From contig NIVC01001822.1 in the NCBI GenBank assembly GCA_002269645.1, positions 62,178-126,177 on the forward strand: a stretch of 64,000 nt of DNA. The letters run 5' to 3'. Positions 11,903-23,899 of the stretch are shown here, piece after piece. Position 1 is the stretch's first letter; every line of letters starts with the position of its first letter. The notes beneath the pieces are model-generated. The model ran no database searches. It was not told where the DNA came from and saw only the letters and a list, made by a program, of their open reading frames with translations. A program made the translations under genes and the position numbers. The DNA comes from Macrostomum lignano (lineage: Eukaryota).

Positions 11903-14900
11903 TCAACGCGCGCCAGGGAAGGCTTTTTGAAAACGCTCCTTGTACTCGAATGACACCTGTTTGAAGGCGCACACCACCGGATCGTCGGGATCAGCGGCCA
12001 GCTGAGCCAGCAAAGTGGACACAGCCCTGCAGGCCAGCAGGAAGTCTTTAAGCAGGTCGAACAAATCGCCAACTCGAATACCATTGTCGCGAACAATCGA
12101 AGCCAGACTGCAGTGAGTGAAAAAGTCCAAAGCGTAGGCGTTTAACAGTCGTTTGGTAGGCAACAGCGGAATCAAATTCGCATCGGTGACGATCTCCAAT
12201 GGCAGCAGGCGACGCAACTGTTCCGAGCTGTTGTTACCGCCGTTCAATAGCACGCGACCGAGTGCTTTGTTCGAGTCCGGAGTAGTGGGACCCCAGGACA
12301 GCCGGGCCAGGGGGGCCACCGCTGACACTTGGAGTTGGCTATTGCTGCTAGGCACAATGGGAGCGGACCGGCTGAACGGCAGAGCGGTGGAGAATTTCAA
12401 CAGGCCAGACTTGGCAATGCAGCGCAGGTAATTGGTGTAAGTCACAGCTGTGGCAGCGTTGTAGTCACGGACTGCCGATCTGATGTCGGTTGGCAGCGGC
12501 TTCAGAAGCACCTTGGAGTTCTCGGTTGGCCTGGAAATCAGAGAGGGAGAGATTACAATGTACGCAGGCACGCACTGCGGCCCTGAGGAATGTACACTAA
12601 CTAAAATAAGTAATAAGGCGCCTCAGCCATTGAACAGGCTCTTACGCCACTAGGAATGAATTAGGATCCAAGTTGGGAGTGTACTAATGTACACTAGGTT
12701 TCTAAGCTAGGCTAAGAGAAACTGTGGCCATCAAGCCGAGCAGGCGACACCAGTCGGGCTGAGGGCGGGCCCTACCCCCTACCGTCGCTCAAATCACTCC
12801 AAGCTCAAATCAAAACCTCCCCGGGGCTAGAGGGTTTGAGTGGACCAATCAGAGAAGCCCGTGCCTTCTCCGGGTTGGTAAGCCAATAAAATTGGTCATT
12901 TGACCAATGCCCCCACGGCCGTGGCGACCCGAAGGAACCTCCCCACCCACTAAACCCCGGGTACTCTTTGCCAGACGGTCTCTTATCTCTGAAGCGGCAG
13001 GAGGGCTATTCGCCGGGACTATTTCACCCTTTGCTTCGCCAACCCGCCATTTTTATAAGGCCGTGCTAACGGCCCCGTCCTGCTCAGACTCAGTCCTGGT
13101 TTTGGCACACTCCAGCTTTAATAGAATCTCTGGTCTGTTCACCAGAGGACACTCCGAGGGAGACCGTCAGAGCATCAACTGGAACAGGTATAGGCCTGCC
13201 TTCCTATACAGCTACCCACAGCCCTTCCTGATCGACTATTACCCTCCAACCCAGCCTACTAACTCATTACAAGCTTTCGGCCAGGCAGAGACAAGTGTCA
13301 CAGGGGTACTGCGGTTAGGCGTTTCTATGCGAGACAAAACCATACCCCTGAGGAATGTACACTCTGTGTCTTAACTGCTCTATATTTGTAGAGAAACTCC
13401 CTGTCTATCCCCGTCGCAAACATTTTCCAAGCATGAACTACTACTAGTAGGGTAAAAGCATATCAGCAAAGATAAACGTATTTTGTCAGAGGTTTACCAA
13501 TCGGCATCAATGATTCTAGCGGAAAAACGGCAGGTATTTTATTACCTTAAATAATGCAGAGCTCCATCAGCCGTCCTTTTAACCAGAGACCGGGCCAGCT
13601 CCATCTTAGTGAACAGGTGGCACAGGATTCGAACCAATTTTCTCAACGTCTCATCGGAGAATTGCACTCGCAACGGCGGCAATTGACGCTCAAAATCGGC
13701 GGCCGTGTGCTGCTGCCGGCCCCGGCTGTGATTGGGTCGGCCGGAGTAGCAGTTGGAGCACAGGCTGTAGTCAGACCAGCACTTGGTGCACTTGAATCGC
13801 TGACCAACTATCGGTTCGCCAGTCTGACAGCCCTCGCAATAGAATCCGTAGTGAATTGGCGGCAGCTGTTTGCTAGCCGGCTCGCACAGCTGGCGCAGAG
13901 CGGGAGATCGAAGCAGATAGGTGAGCACGAAGTTGCCAGGCTGCTGGTAGCCCATGTGGCATACTAAGCCGGCCAGGTCCTGAAGAATGGCCGAGAGCGA
14001 GTCACGTGAGTTGCAGAGAATCGTAAAACAAGGAGTCGCAAAAAAGTCGTTGTTAAAGCTTAACTTTCTACTAACACAAGTAGACTAAATGTACACAGTT
14101 GTTAGTTTCAAAGTCGCGGGTAATAAAACGCCTCAAATTGACTCTCGTCGTTTTATAGTCGTCTAGAGAGTCACTTCTTTCACTATTTTACCTGTGTTAC
14201 CTGCAACGACTGTGAAAGGACTCTTAGACTAAATGGCATCCAGCTTGGGAAAAACACACGGTGCCAAATTGTTACTCAATGAGACTCACCAGAGGAGCGC
14301 CCAACTCATTAATAAGATCCTGCCTGTGCAGAAACTCCGCACTGAACAGGAAGAACAATCGCAATTGCTGCATCATATCCGGCTTCTGGTGCGCAGCAAA
14401 CGGGTGCTCCAAAACCGTAGCAGCTTTAGCGTGGGCCACCTCCGGATCAGTGGCATTCCCAGTCAGAAGCAACAGTCTGAGAACGAAAGCGCAGGTGAGC
14501 GGAAAGCCGCCCTTGAGTTCGGGCAGGTCGGCTTGGATCAGGTGAGCAATCTTAGAGGCGGGCACGCCGTAGAACACAATGTTGCCGATGTTGTCGAAGC
14601 CACGCCGGCCGGACCGACCGGCCATCTGGTGATAGTTGAGCGCGTCCAGAAACTTGTCATCGCCAGCGAATACGACAGTTTTGCAGGGCATGTGAACGCC
14701 CAGAGCCAGGGTGGCAGTTGCTGTGACCACCTGCACGGGGCGCGAGAGAGATTCCAAAGTAAAACACTATGGGATTTTATAGTGGGAAGAGGGGATAAAG
14801 CCAAGAATTCTACATGTACATGACTAAATTCCTACATGCAAATTATTTTGGGAATCGGTATTGTTAGCGCTCATTTTCGCGCCACAGGCGCACATTTTTG

Positions 14901-17900
14901 CACCGCAGGCACTCATTTTACTATCACAGGCACTCGTTTTGGCGCCGCAGACAGGCGCTCATTTTGGCGCCAAAGACACTCATATTGGCGCCGCAGGCAC
15001 TCATTTTAGCGCCGCAGGCACTCATTTTAGCGCCGCAGGCACTCATTTTAGCGCCGCAGGCACTCATTTTAACGCCGCAGGCACTCATTTTAACGCCGCA
15101 GGCACTCATTTTAACGCCGCAGGCACTCATTTTAGCGCCGCAGGCACTCATTTTAGCACCGCAAGCACTCACTTTAGCGCCGCAAGCACTCACTTTAGCG
15201 CCGCAAGCACTCACTTTAACGCCGCAAGCACTCACTTTAGCGCCGCAAGCACTCACTTTAACGCCGCAGGCACTCACATTATCGCCGCATGCACTCATTT
15301 TAGCGCCGCAGGCACTCATTTTAGCGCCGCAGGCAAGCGCCGCAAGCACTCACTTTAACGCCGCAGGCACTCATTTTAGCGCCGCAGGCAAGCGCCGCAA
15401 GCACTCACTTTAACGCCGCAGGCACTCATTTTAGCGCCGCAGGCAAGCGCCGCAAGCACTCACTTTAACGCCGCAGGCACTCATTTTAGCGCCGCAGGCA
15501 AGCGCCGCAAGCACTCACTTTAACGCCGCAGGCACTCATTTTAGCGCCGCAGGCAAGCGCCGCAAGCACTCACTTTAACGCCGCAGGCACTCATTTTAGC
15601 GCCGCAGGCAAGCGCCGCAAGCACTCACTTTAACGCCGCAGGCACTCATTTTAGCGCCGCAGGCAAGCGCCGCAAGCACTCACTTTAACGCCGCAGGCAC
15701 TCATTTTAGCGCCGCAGGCAAGCGCCGCAAGCACTCACTTTAACGCCGCAGGCACTCACATTATCGCCGCATGCACTCATTTTAGCGCCGCAGGCACTCA
15801 TTTTAGCGCCGCAGGCAAGCGCCGCAAGCACTCACTTTAACGCCGCAGGCACTCATTTTAGCGCCGCAGGCAAGCGCCGCAAGCACTCACTTTAACGCCG
15901 CAGGCACTCATTTTAGCGCCGCAGGCAAGCGCCGCAAGCACTCACTTTAACGCCGCAGGCACTCATTTTAGCGCCGCAGGCAAGCGCCGCAAGCACTCAC
16001 TTTAACGCCGCAGGCACTCATTTTAGCGCCGCAGGCAAGCGCCGCAAGCACTCACTTTAACGCCGCAGGCACTCATTTTAGCGCCGCAGGCAAGCGCCGC
16101 AAGCACTCACTTTAACGCCGCAGGCACTCATTTTAGCGCCGCAGGCAAGCGCCGCAAGCACTCACTTTAACGCCGCAGGCACTCATTTTAGCGCCGCAGG
16201 CAAGCGCCGCAAGCACTCACTTTAACGCCGCAGGCACTCATTTTAGCGCCGCAGGCAAGCGCCGCAAGCACTCACTTTAACGCCGCAGGCACTCATTTTA
16301 GCGCCGCAGGCAAGCGCCGCAAGCACTCACTTTAACGCCGCAGGCACTCATTTTAGCGCCGCAGGCAAGCGCCGCAAGCACTCACTTTAACGCCGCAGGC
16401 ACTCATTTTAGCGCCGCAGGCAAGCGCCGCAAGCACTCACTTTAACGCCGCAGGCACTCATTTTAGCGCCGCAGGCAAGCGCCGCAAGCACTCACTTTAA
16501 CGCCGCAGGCACTATATTTCAGCGACCTGATGCAAAATGATTGATTTCCATAACGGCTTACAAGGTGGGGTGAGGGGAACAAAGCAGCTACTCAGAGCCA
16601 TGGCCCAAGCTGAACAACAGAAGCAAACAACCCAAACTAACCTGCAAATGACCGCTACGGAACAGCATCTCAACAGCTTGTCGGTGCTTCGAAGAACAAC
16701 CGGCATGATGATAGCAGACGCCCAATTCCAGCATATGCTTCACATCTTCATCAAGCAGCTTCTCCAGCACTTTGTTGAGAAAAGATTCTTGCACAGCCTG
16801 CGGTTTAAAATAAGCGCAGGCCTGAATTTTGCTGCGCAGTTCCAGCCGATCTCTGTAGTAGGACTCCAATTCGATCTCGGCTGGATTCTCATCGTCCGAA
16901 TCCTCTTTGTCGCGATTGCGCTTGGCGGCGATGGCCATCGCTTCGCGAGCTTTCTCCATGCGCTCTAGCAGATTAGGATTAACGGCTTGCTTAATCCGAT
17001 CATTGGCTCGATCGACAAGCGACGCGGCAAGGTTTTCAATGCCTTTACGATCGTTCATAAACACCAAAGCTGGCAAGCGACCCTCGGAACGCAGCCGATC
17101 GATTAGATCGGGAAATTTTTCAATAAGATCAACGTCGGATAGGAACTCAAACTGTTGAGTCACATTCTGCTGCTCCTCAATTGACTGAATTGTAGTTAGC
17201 AGCTGGGTAGACTTGGCATGTGGACTCTGGCGAAGCAGCTCAGACACAGTCGATTTCAGGCCAACTTCCAGTTCCCGAAATTGCGTTCTGCGTTTTTTTT
17301 AAATTGAAGCGGTGGGTGGGAAATGTTTCACAATTTTAGGGCCAAAACCTTACAGGTGCAACACGAGGTCATTATAAAATATCGGAAGCACCTTAAAAAA
17401 TATTAGTTCTTTTTTTTCTTCTGAGATTTAATTTGAGAGAATGAGAGTTTAAATCGCTATTTTGGCTATTGTCATGGAAAATATCCAATCGCCTCGTGTT
17501 GCTCAAGTATGCTTTTGTCTTTTCGGCATCAAGTCCGATATAGTCTTACTCAGGGGTTGGCTGGCAAACTTTTTACCTCAAGGGCCAGACAGGAGAGAGG
17601 ATAGAAGGGAGAGAAGGGAGAGAAGGGAGAAGAAAGCTAAGAAGAGACGCAAACCTTGAGCGGGCCGGATAGAAAGGCTTGGCGGGCCGGGGTTTGCTGA
17701 CCCCTGCTTTAACTGGTAGGCTAAAGACATTAAAAAATGATTGGTCATTAATTAATTACCTAGTAATTGGCTCGGTGCCAAAAAACGATTGCGGTTTAAA
17801 TTTCTGCAGAGCCTTAGCTGCAGCTGGATCGTCCGTGAAGCACTGCAAAGCGGCTGACCAAACCTCGGTAGATTCCTTCGGTGACAGCTTTAAATTCCTT

Positions 17901-20900
17901 GGGAATCCGTTGATTCGCAATAGTTTGTCGCTAAGAAAAGCGCACGGATTAACTTCAGCAATAAATTCACTCTTAGGCAGATAAACGGAAGTGCGAATGT
18001 CTGAATAGCGCTCAGAGTAGGTTACCAGATTCACTTTGTAACCTTCTACAGCAGCAGGAGCGGCACCTTTCTGTCGCTGTTGCTTCTTAGGCTGCATCGG
18101 CTGAGATTGCTTCAGAAGAGTCGAGTCTTGAACCTGCACAAACTGCTTGATGGTCTGCAGCCAGTCGTGAAAATAGTCTTTGTTAGAGATAGTTGCCGAC
18201 AGGGCAAGAAACGGACACCGGATTAGGCAGAGCAGATATTCCCAGACAACGCCCCCGATCCCGGTGCCAATGCAGTGAACTTCGTCAAAGATCACATAGC
18301 GAATACGGCTAGCCCAGCCTTGACGCCTGGGACTCAGCAACAGCAGTTCAAGGCACTGCGGCACTGTCACCAAAATCTGACAGCTAGTGGCTTTGTGATT
18401 ATAGTCTCGAGTGAATACTCCGCATAGCTCCATGCCGGGAGTCAGGTTTGGCTTAGAAAACCTGGCACTAATGGAAGCCTGAACCTGATTTACTAAAGCT
18501 TTGGTTGGCGCTACGTAAACAGCGACAGCCTCGTCGCTCATCTCCAGAACCTTTTTCATGCAGTAGTAAGAGCAGAATGTTTTTCCAGACGATGTTGGAG
18601 CAACAATAACGGCAGACTCGCGCCTGTCAACCACATCTAGCAGTTCTCTCTGCCAGGTGTCGGGAATGAATCCCTTCACCCTGGGATCTGGATCGAATCG
18701 AACATTTCTCTGCATCAGGTGGCCCATGTGCTGCATTTGAAAGTCGCGATAATTCAGTGGACAGATGCATTCTTTTTCAACTTGCACATGTTTTAAGCGC
18801 TCCGCGTCTACACTAGAGACAGCGGCAGCCTCTTTGAATCCAACCATGATAAATAATTCGGCAATCTTGACGCGCAATTCAGAACTAATCATGCTAACCA
18901 ACGGCTCAGTTGTGTACTTGTGCAGGGTCCGCACTAGATCTGCCAAGGCGCTGAAAGACTTACCGCTGCCTCCACTACTAGCACAGCTGGTCTTCCACAG
19001 CTTGTACTGCTCTCGCATTACGAAAAGTACCGGCTCCTCGAAAATTCGATCCTGCACTGTGCAGGACTCCGCCATACGCGTGGCCTCAGCGATAGCCTGA
19101 GCCGGTTCCAATTTTTTAACGCCCGGCAACAGATTTTTCCACTGCTCCTTTAGCTTCTTCGTATCTTTGTCGGCTTTGGCGCGCAAATTCTCTTCTTTGA
19201 TGGCGTCAGCCTTAGAAACTGGCTTTGACTTGCCTTTTGGCTGCTTCTGATGCTTCTGCTTTTGCTGGTTAGCAGATTTCGGCTTCTCGTTAGCACCGGC
19301 AGATGCAGCGGACGCGCCGTCAGAACCGGTTGACAGTACGATAGTCTCACTAGTCTCCCCATGCAGCGACTCGCCGTACATGCTGATGTAATTCTTGTAC
19401 TTCTGAATACTCTTCAGCTGTCTCTGCCTTAGAATAGGATTAGAAGACAGCTCAGGCTCGCCTTGCTCTTCTAAATCGTCGCGAAGCTCCCGATTAACGT
19501 GCCAATGACAGCGCTCGTCGAATAGCATCGCCGAGTTCTGTCCAGGCTCGTTAGTTAACGATATGCAACCAGACGAGCCGAGTTTGTCAAGAATTTCGCC
19601 GGCAAATTCTTTCAACAGACGATTGTCGATACGCTGAAGCGGCGCCATTTCAGCCGCCTGCTCAATGAAAGGCTCCTGTGGGAGCGCCTGCTCAGAGATT
19701 GACAGCGACAATAGAGGCGAGGCATCCGATTGATCGGCACTGTTCAGCTTTTGCAGCTCGGTACAAATTTTAGAGGCGTAGCTTTTGTATCTGAAAGAAA
19801 TCGAATGCCGTTATAAAAAAAATTGAAATTAACGTAGCATCACTAAAAATCAGAATTAACAGATACGAGCTATTTACCGTCCTGTTGTTTTTATAGTCAC
19901 GATTAAAACATAGTCATTGTTCAAAATGTCTATGGTAATTTACGTTAAGGCAACGACATTCAAGCAATTCACCGGGATATCATTTTAGAAAACGAACTAG
20001 TCTATGAGCGTAAGATAAAATAGTCTATGGTTGTAAGTGGGGGCTTCACTCCCACACCCCCGCTATCGCCGCTCGTGTCTATGGCCATTACCATGTTTTC
20101 TCGCTTCCAGACAACCCCCATTGCCTAGCTATCTCAGCATAGGGCCATCCAATCTCAACCAACCGCCACTTGTTAGCTGGTTTTTTCGAGACACGTGTCT
20201 ATGGAGTATGGTTGGACCATAGCTGAATTTGCTGGTCCCTAGGCTGACATAGCGTGGCTACAGAGGTCAGTTCTGTCAGTCCCTAGGCTGACATAGTTTG
20301 CCGAAAGCTGTCGTAGAAATATGCAGCGATTGCTGGATAAATAAAAAAATCTATCAACTTAATACTCCGTGTCCGTGACCTCGTCCTCTCTTTGTGCTGG
20401 TCACAATAAGTTAAAAACTCAGCCGGGAAGCCTAAGAAACCGTTTTAATATTGGCCGTACACTATCGTCCGACTTACTCGGAACAATTTGTGTCCTTGAT
20501 TGAGCAAGACACTTAACTCTGCATTGCTTCAGTTCACCCAGCTGTAAAATGGGTGCCAGCATTAGCTGGGGTAATTGAGGCTGTATGGCGACCCCCCCCC
20601 CAGTCCTTGGACTGAACGGCCGTACGCAGCCTTCAGATGCGACTGGGCAGGAAACACACCTGCCCATTTAGGCAGGTGTACTAAAAAATGACAAAAAACT
20701 GTAGCATAATTCAACGGAAAACTGAAGCCTGAACTTACTTAGCCAAAATTTCACGCGCTCGCGGATGCCAACCGGGCAGTTGGTTAATCCAGGCTTGACC
20801 AAATCGACGATAGACAAAAATGTCGATAAGATCGGCGACAGACTCTGGATCGGCGAACTCGTTGAGACCCTTCATTGGCAGCAGTTCGAGCCGCAGGTGC

Positions 20901-22148
20901 TTGGCCAATTCATGCAAAGAAGAGAGCAAATTTTGCTCCTCTACCTTGTCGCCTGCAGCAGCGGCTTGGTTGGCGCTTTTAGTAGCAGCAACAAGCTGAA
21001 GCCGGTCGTCCAGCGTCATGGTGGACATGCAGGCAAAATACAGGCACCAACGGCTCACTTTTTCAATAACTTCGTCGTTGCTTTCGATGTTAGTATCTTT
21101 AACTAGAGCTCGGAGAGCAACTCTAACAGCGAGGTGGTCTTTCAGGCGGCTGCCTGGTTCTGAACAGAAACAAAAATCATACAGTTATTAGCTTAGCAGT
21201 TTAAATAAACAAGCTTATAAACACTTAATCCATACATGCGCAACTGCTGGCCGACCTAGTAAACATACCCACCCAAAAACATACAGGCGTAGTACTAATT
21301 AGATGACGAGACATTTAGCCTTAGTAAGACACTCATAGTGACTCTTGCCGTTTACCCAACATTTCGTTAATTTTTTCTTTAGGGTTTCTTTCACAGGTAA
21401 GTCGCATTTTTGGTCAAAAAGTAAGTCGCATGGCCAGTGTAAATCAGAGGGTTGCACATGTATGACTTAATCAACTAATAAAGAGATTTAAAAACATACC
21501 AATTAACTCGGCCTCAGTCTTTAAAGCTTCAACATGATCATCAGTTTCAGGGACCATTGCCGATCGATCTGTACATGATAGCTTTTGAAATAGTCTGCCA
21601 TACAGTGGCATCCACTGCACATAGGATGCTTGCAGCTTCATGTCATTCTGCTGCAGGCTGCTAACATAAGCAACTGGCACCCTGCGAGCCAGGCTAGACA
21701 AAGCCAAATTCACATGCCGCTGTTCAGCGGATTCGCCATAGCCAACACCGTCGTGAAGCATAAAGAACAGAGGCTTCTCCTCCTTCAAATAGTGAAGCCA
21801 GGCTGGGTCGAAGCAAGACTTGGCCAAGTCGGTGTGCACAGGCACTGAACAGTTGACGGCAAGGTGTAACTGCATAGCGCGCCTAAACAGATCCATCAGT
21901 GGATCATTGCGAAAACCATTAAAGTAAACAACTTGACAGTCACCGCCGTGATCTTTGAGCAGTTTCAGAATGGATTCGGCCAGATAGAACAAATGCAACT
22001 GCTGGCCATATTGCCACCCCACTGTGGCCGCAGCCTCCATCAGTAAAGAGTCGCCATCAAACACGTAGAATTCGCCATCAACCCGATCTTGGAAAAGTGG
22101 CATCAGTTTGGCAGAGAGCGCCACACTAGCCAATGGCGATATGCGCAT
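11903..22148 (-). CDS. DDX60: DDX60-like Ski2-family DExD/H RNA helicase, 1749 aa, 7 exons, with an inserted ZZ zinc finger
   Basis: complement(join(11903..12530,13546..13979,14290..14730,16642..17287,17760..19790,20739..21159,21500..22148)) = 5250 nt; all junctions GT-AG and phase-consistent. Motifs: N-terminal FDGDSLL, PDTWQRELLD, APTSSGKT, IFDEVH, LALSAT, YHHAG, VVTATATLALGVHMPCKTVVF, QMAGRSGRRG, and the DDX60-type tail LNAYALDFF...DDPVVCAF. Confidence 0.92.
12581..13363. mobile_element. 747-bp LTR-like insert flanked by an 18-bp direct repeat, in the last DDX60 intron
   Basis: ccctgaggaatgtacact at 12581-12598 and 13346-13363. The interior is GC-rich with three CCAAT boxes (~12845-12907) and a TATA-like tttataa (~13052). 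Family not identified. Confidence 0.6.
14870..16512. repeat. 21-bp minisatellite evolving into a 55-bp higher-order repeat (DDX60 intron)
   Basis: Monomer ttttagcgccgcaggcactca; from ~15310 a regular 21+13+21 unit. Confidence 0.96.
17551..17706. mobile_element. hAT/Charlie-like MITE remnant with a GA-rich core
   Basis: Ends caggggt..tggcaaac and gtttgctgacccctg, with subterminal gcgggccgg motifs. No clear TSD. Related decayed reverse copies (tctggccyttgagrtaaaa next to CT-rich tracts) at about 23240-23560 and 27460-27600. Confidence 0.55.
20489..20560 (+). mobile_element. CORE-SINE (MIR-core-like) fragment in a DDX60 intron
   Basis: tgtgtccttgattgagcaagacacttaactct...cttcagttcacccagctgtaaaatggg resembles the MIR CORE consensus tgtgaccttgggcaagtcacttaacctct...ctcagtttcctcatctgtaaaatggg (recalled from memory, not searched). 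Confidence 0.5.
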
Positions 22149-23899
22149 TGACTCTGGCTCCTCTGATTCGAACTGGCATTCTTCTAGCAGCTTCAGCTGC
22201 TCTAAATCTTGGCCTAGCTTCTCGCTTGGTTCGTCCAGAAGTTTGAAAAAAACAATTTTGAAGTGAATTTTCGATTTTACTGGCGAAGTTTACAAATTTG
22301 ATTCTATGATTGATGGGCCAACAAATGAGAATTACACTTTAAGTTTCAGATATTTGCCAGTTATGGTTAGAAAGACATAAGTTATTTAGTAAAACATGGT
22401 TATATTCATAATATAATACTTTTCATTTTATTAAAGAATTTGCGCATTCATATGAAGACAATTGCCAATCATATGCGATTCAATTTTTATATGATATATG
22501 GCCCAGACACAGTCCATTGAATTGATAAACAGAGAAGTTAAATGCAGATAATTCATGCCTGCTCAAGTGCCTGTTCACTATGTTTCAGACTTGAAAAAAA
22601 AACTTTGCTATTTCTTTTGTATGAAATTTTGTATAGTAGAATACTGCATTATATTATGCAATACTATCCTATACAAAGTTTTACTACTATATACTATACT
22701 ATATTACATCAGAGACTCTCCTATTTTTTTCCTCTTTACTCACTTATTTTTTATCTTTTTATCTCCTCTCTGTTCTTATCTTCTCTCATGGTCTATACTC
22801 CCTTATCTATTATCTTATCTCTCATCTCTCATCTTTGCACTCTTATATTTAGGGTTTTGTGCCAAATTTGTGCCCTTGCTAAATTTTTCCAAAATGGCAC
22901 AAATCATTAGAAGGCTAGGTGCCACTTTGGCACACATTAAATTTAAATGTGGCATATCCTCTTTTTTTAGCTTTGAGTTGTAAACATTGAAAACATTTAT
23001 TTTTATTTTATACAAGCTATTGAAGCCTGCAGATTTTGAACCTGCTAAAGTCCAATCCCCAGAACTTTTTTGCATGCATTAAAATGTGAAGCTATACTAA
23101 AAAAACTTGTTAATAGTAAGAATAGAGTTAAATAAAAAAATTGGAGTAAATTTGTGTTATATTTAAAAATTTGAGGCAACCATTGATTTTGTTGATTGGG
23201 GTTGCCACAGATTGACAAGTAATATCTGTCTAAAGCATGCACTACTTAATTCTAGTCTCTGATATTTGTTTTCTCCTCTCTCTACTTTTTCCTCTCCTCT
23301 CATCTCATCTCTTCTCTATACTCTCTCATCTGCTCTTTTATCTTTCTTTTCTTTTTTCTCTTTACTCTCACATCTCTTCTTTTTGCTATTCTTTTATTTA
23401 CTCTCTCCTTTTAACTCTTATGTTCTTTCTCATGTTTTATCTCATGTTTTATCAATGTTTTCCTCTATCCCCTTTATTTTCCTCTCATCTGGTCTATAGC
23501 CATGAGCTAAATTCTCTATTGGGCCCTCGAGGTAAAAAATATAAGTCTCGAGTCACCATGCTCCAGAGAGTAGCAGGGTGATACTGATACTATTTAGGGC
23601 AAATCCTATAGCATTAGGTCAAGTGCTTAGAAAGCCAGTTTGTGTGACAAAATACTCTTAATAAGGCAGTGGCTAGAATCTCTCATTAAACTATCATGGC
23701 TAAAAGCCTTTCTATAGAGGTGCAAATAAAGCTATGAGGGAATGAGTAGAGTAGCAAAAAAACTAGAAAAAACAGACAAACTTCACATGCTTATCCTGAT
23801 TGAGTTATAGAGCTGAGACATTACATTTATACAGAGACTAGCAATTAGCAGTCCTCATTAAGGAGCTAAAAAATGCATTACAAGTTTTTTAATAAACTA

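Noticed and set aside
12581-12585. The 18-bp direct repeat as the DDX60 last-exon acceptor (cctcag|gg)
   Set aside because: That site is phase 1 but the upstream donor at 13546 is phase 2; the acceptor at 12531 has the right phase and a strong pyrimidine tract.
12907-13374. 155-aa ORF inside the LTR-like insert
   Set aside because: No recognisable domain; typical of GC-rich non-coding sequence.
12583-13400. Hammerhead ribozyme or Penelope-like end (CTGAGGA; ggccgaaagc on the minus strand)
   Set aside because: I could not build stems I-III linking a CUGANGA and a GAAA core on the same strand.
14861-15413. AAGTHFS and APQALIL repeat ORFs
   Set aside because: Translations of the 21-bp intronic minisatellite on the strand opposite DDX60.
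12153-21848. Plus-strand ORFs overlapping DDX60 exons
   Set aside because: Antisense shadow ORFs of GC-rich coding sequence with no motifs.
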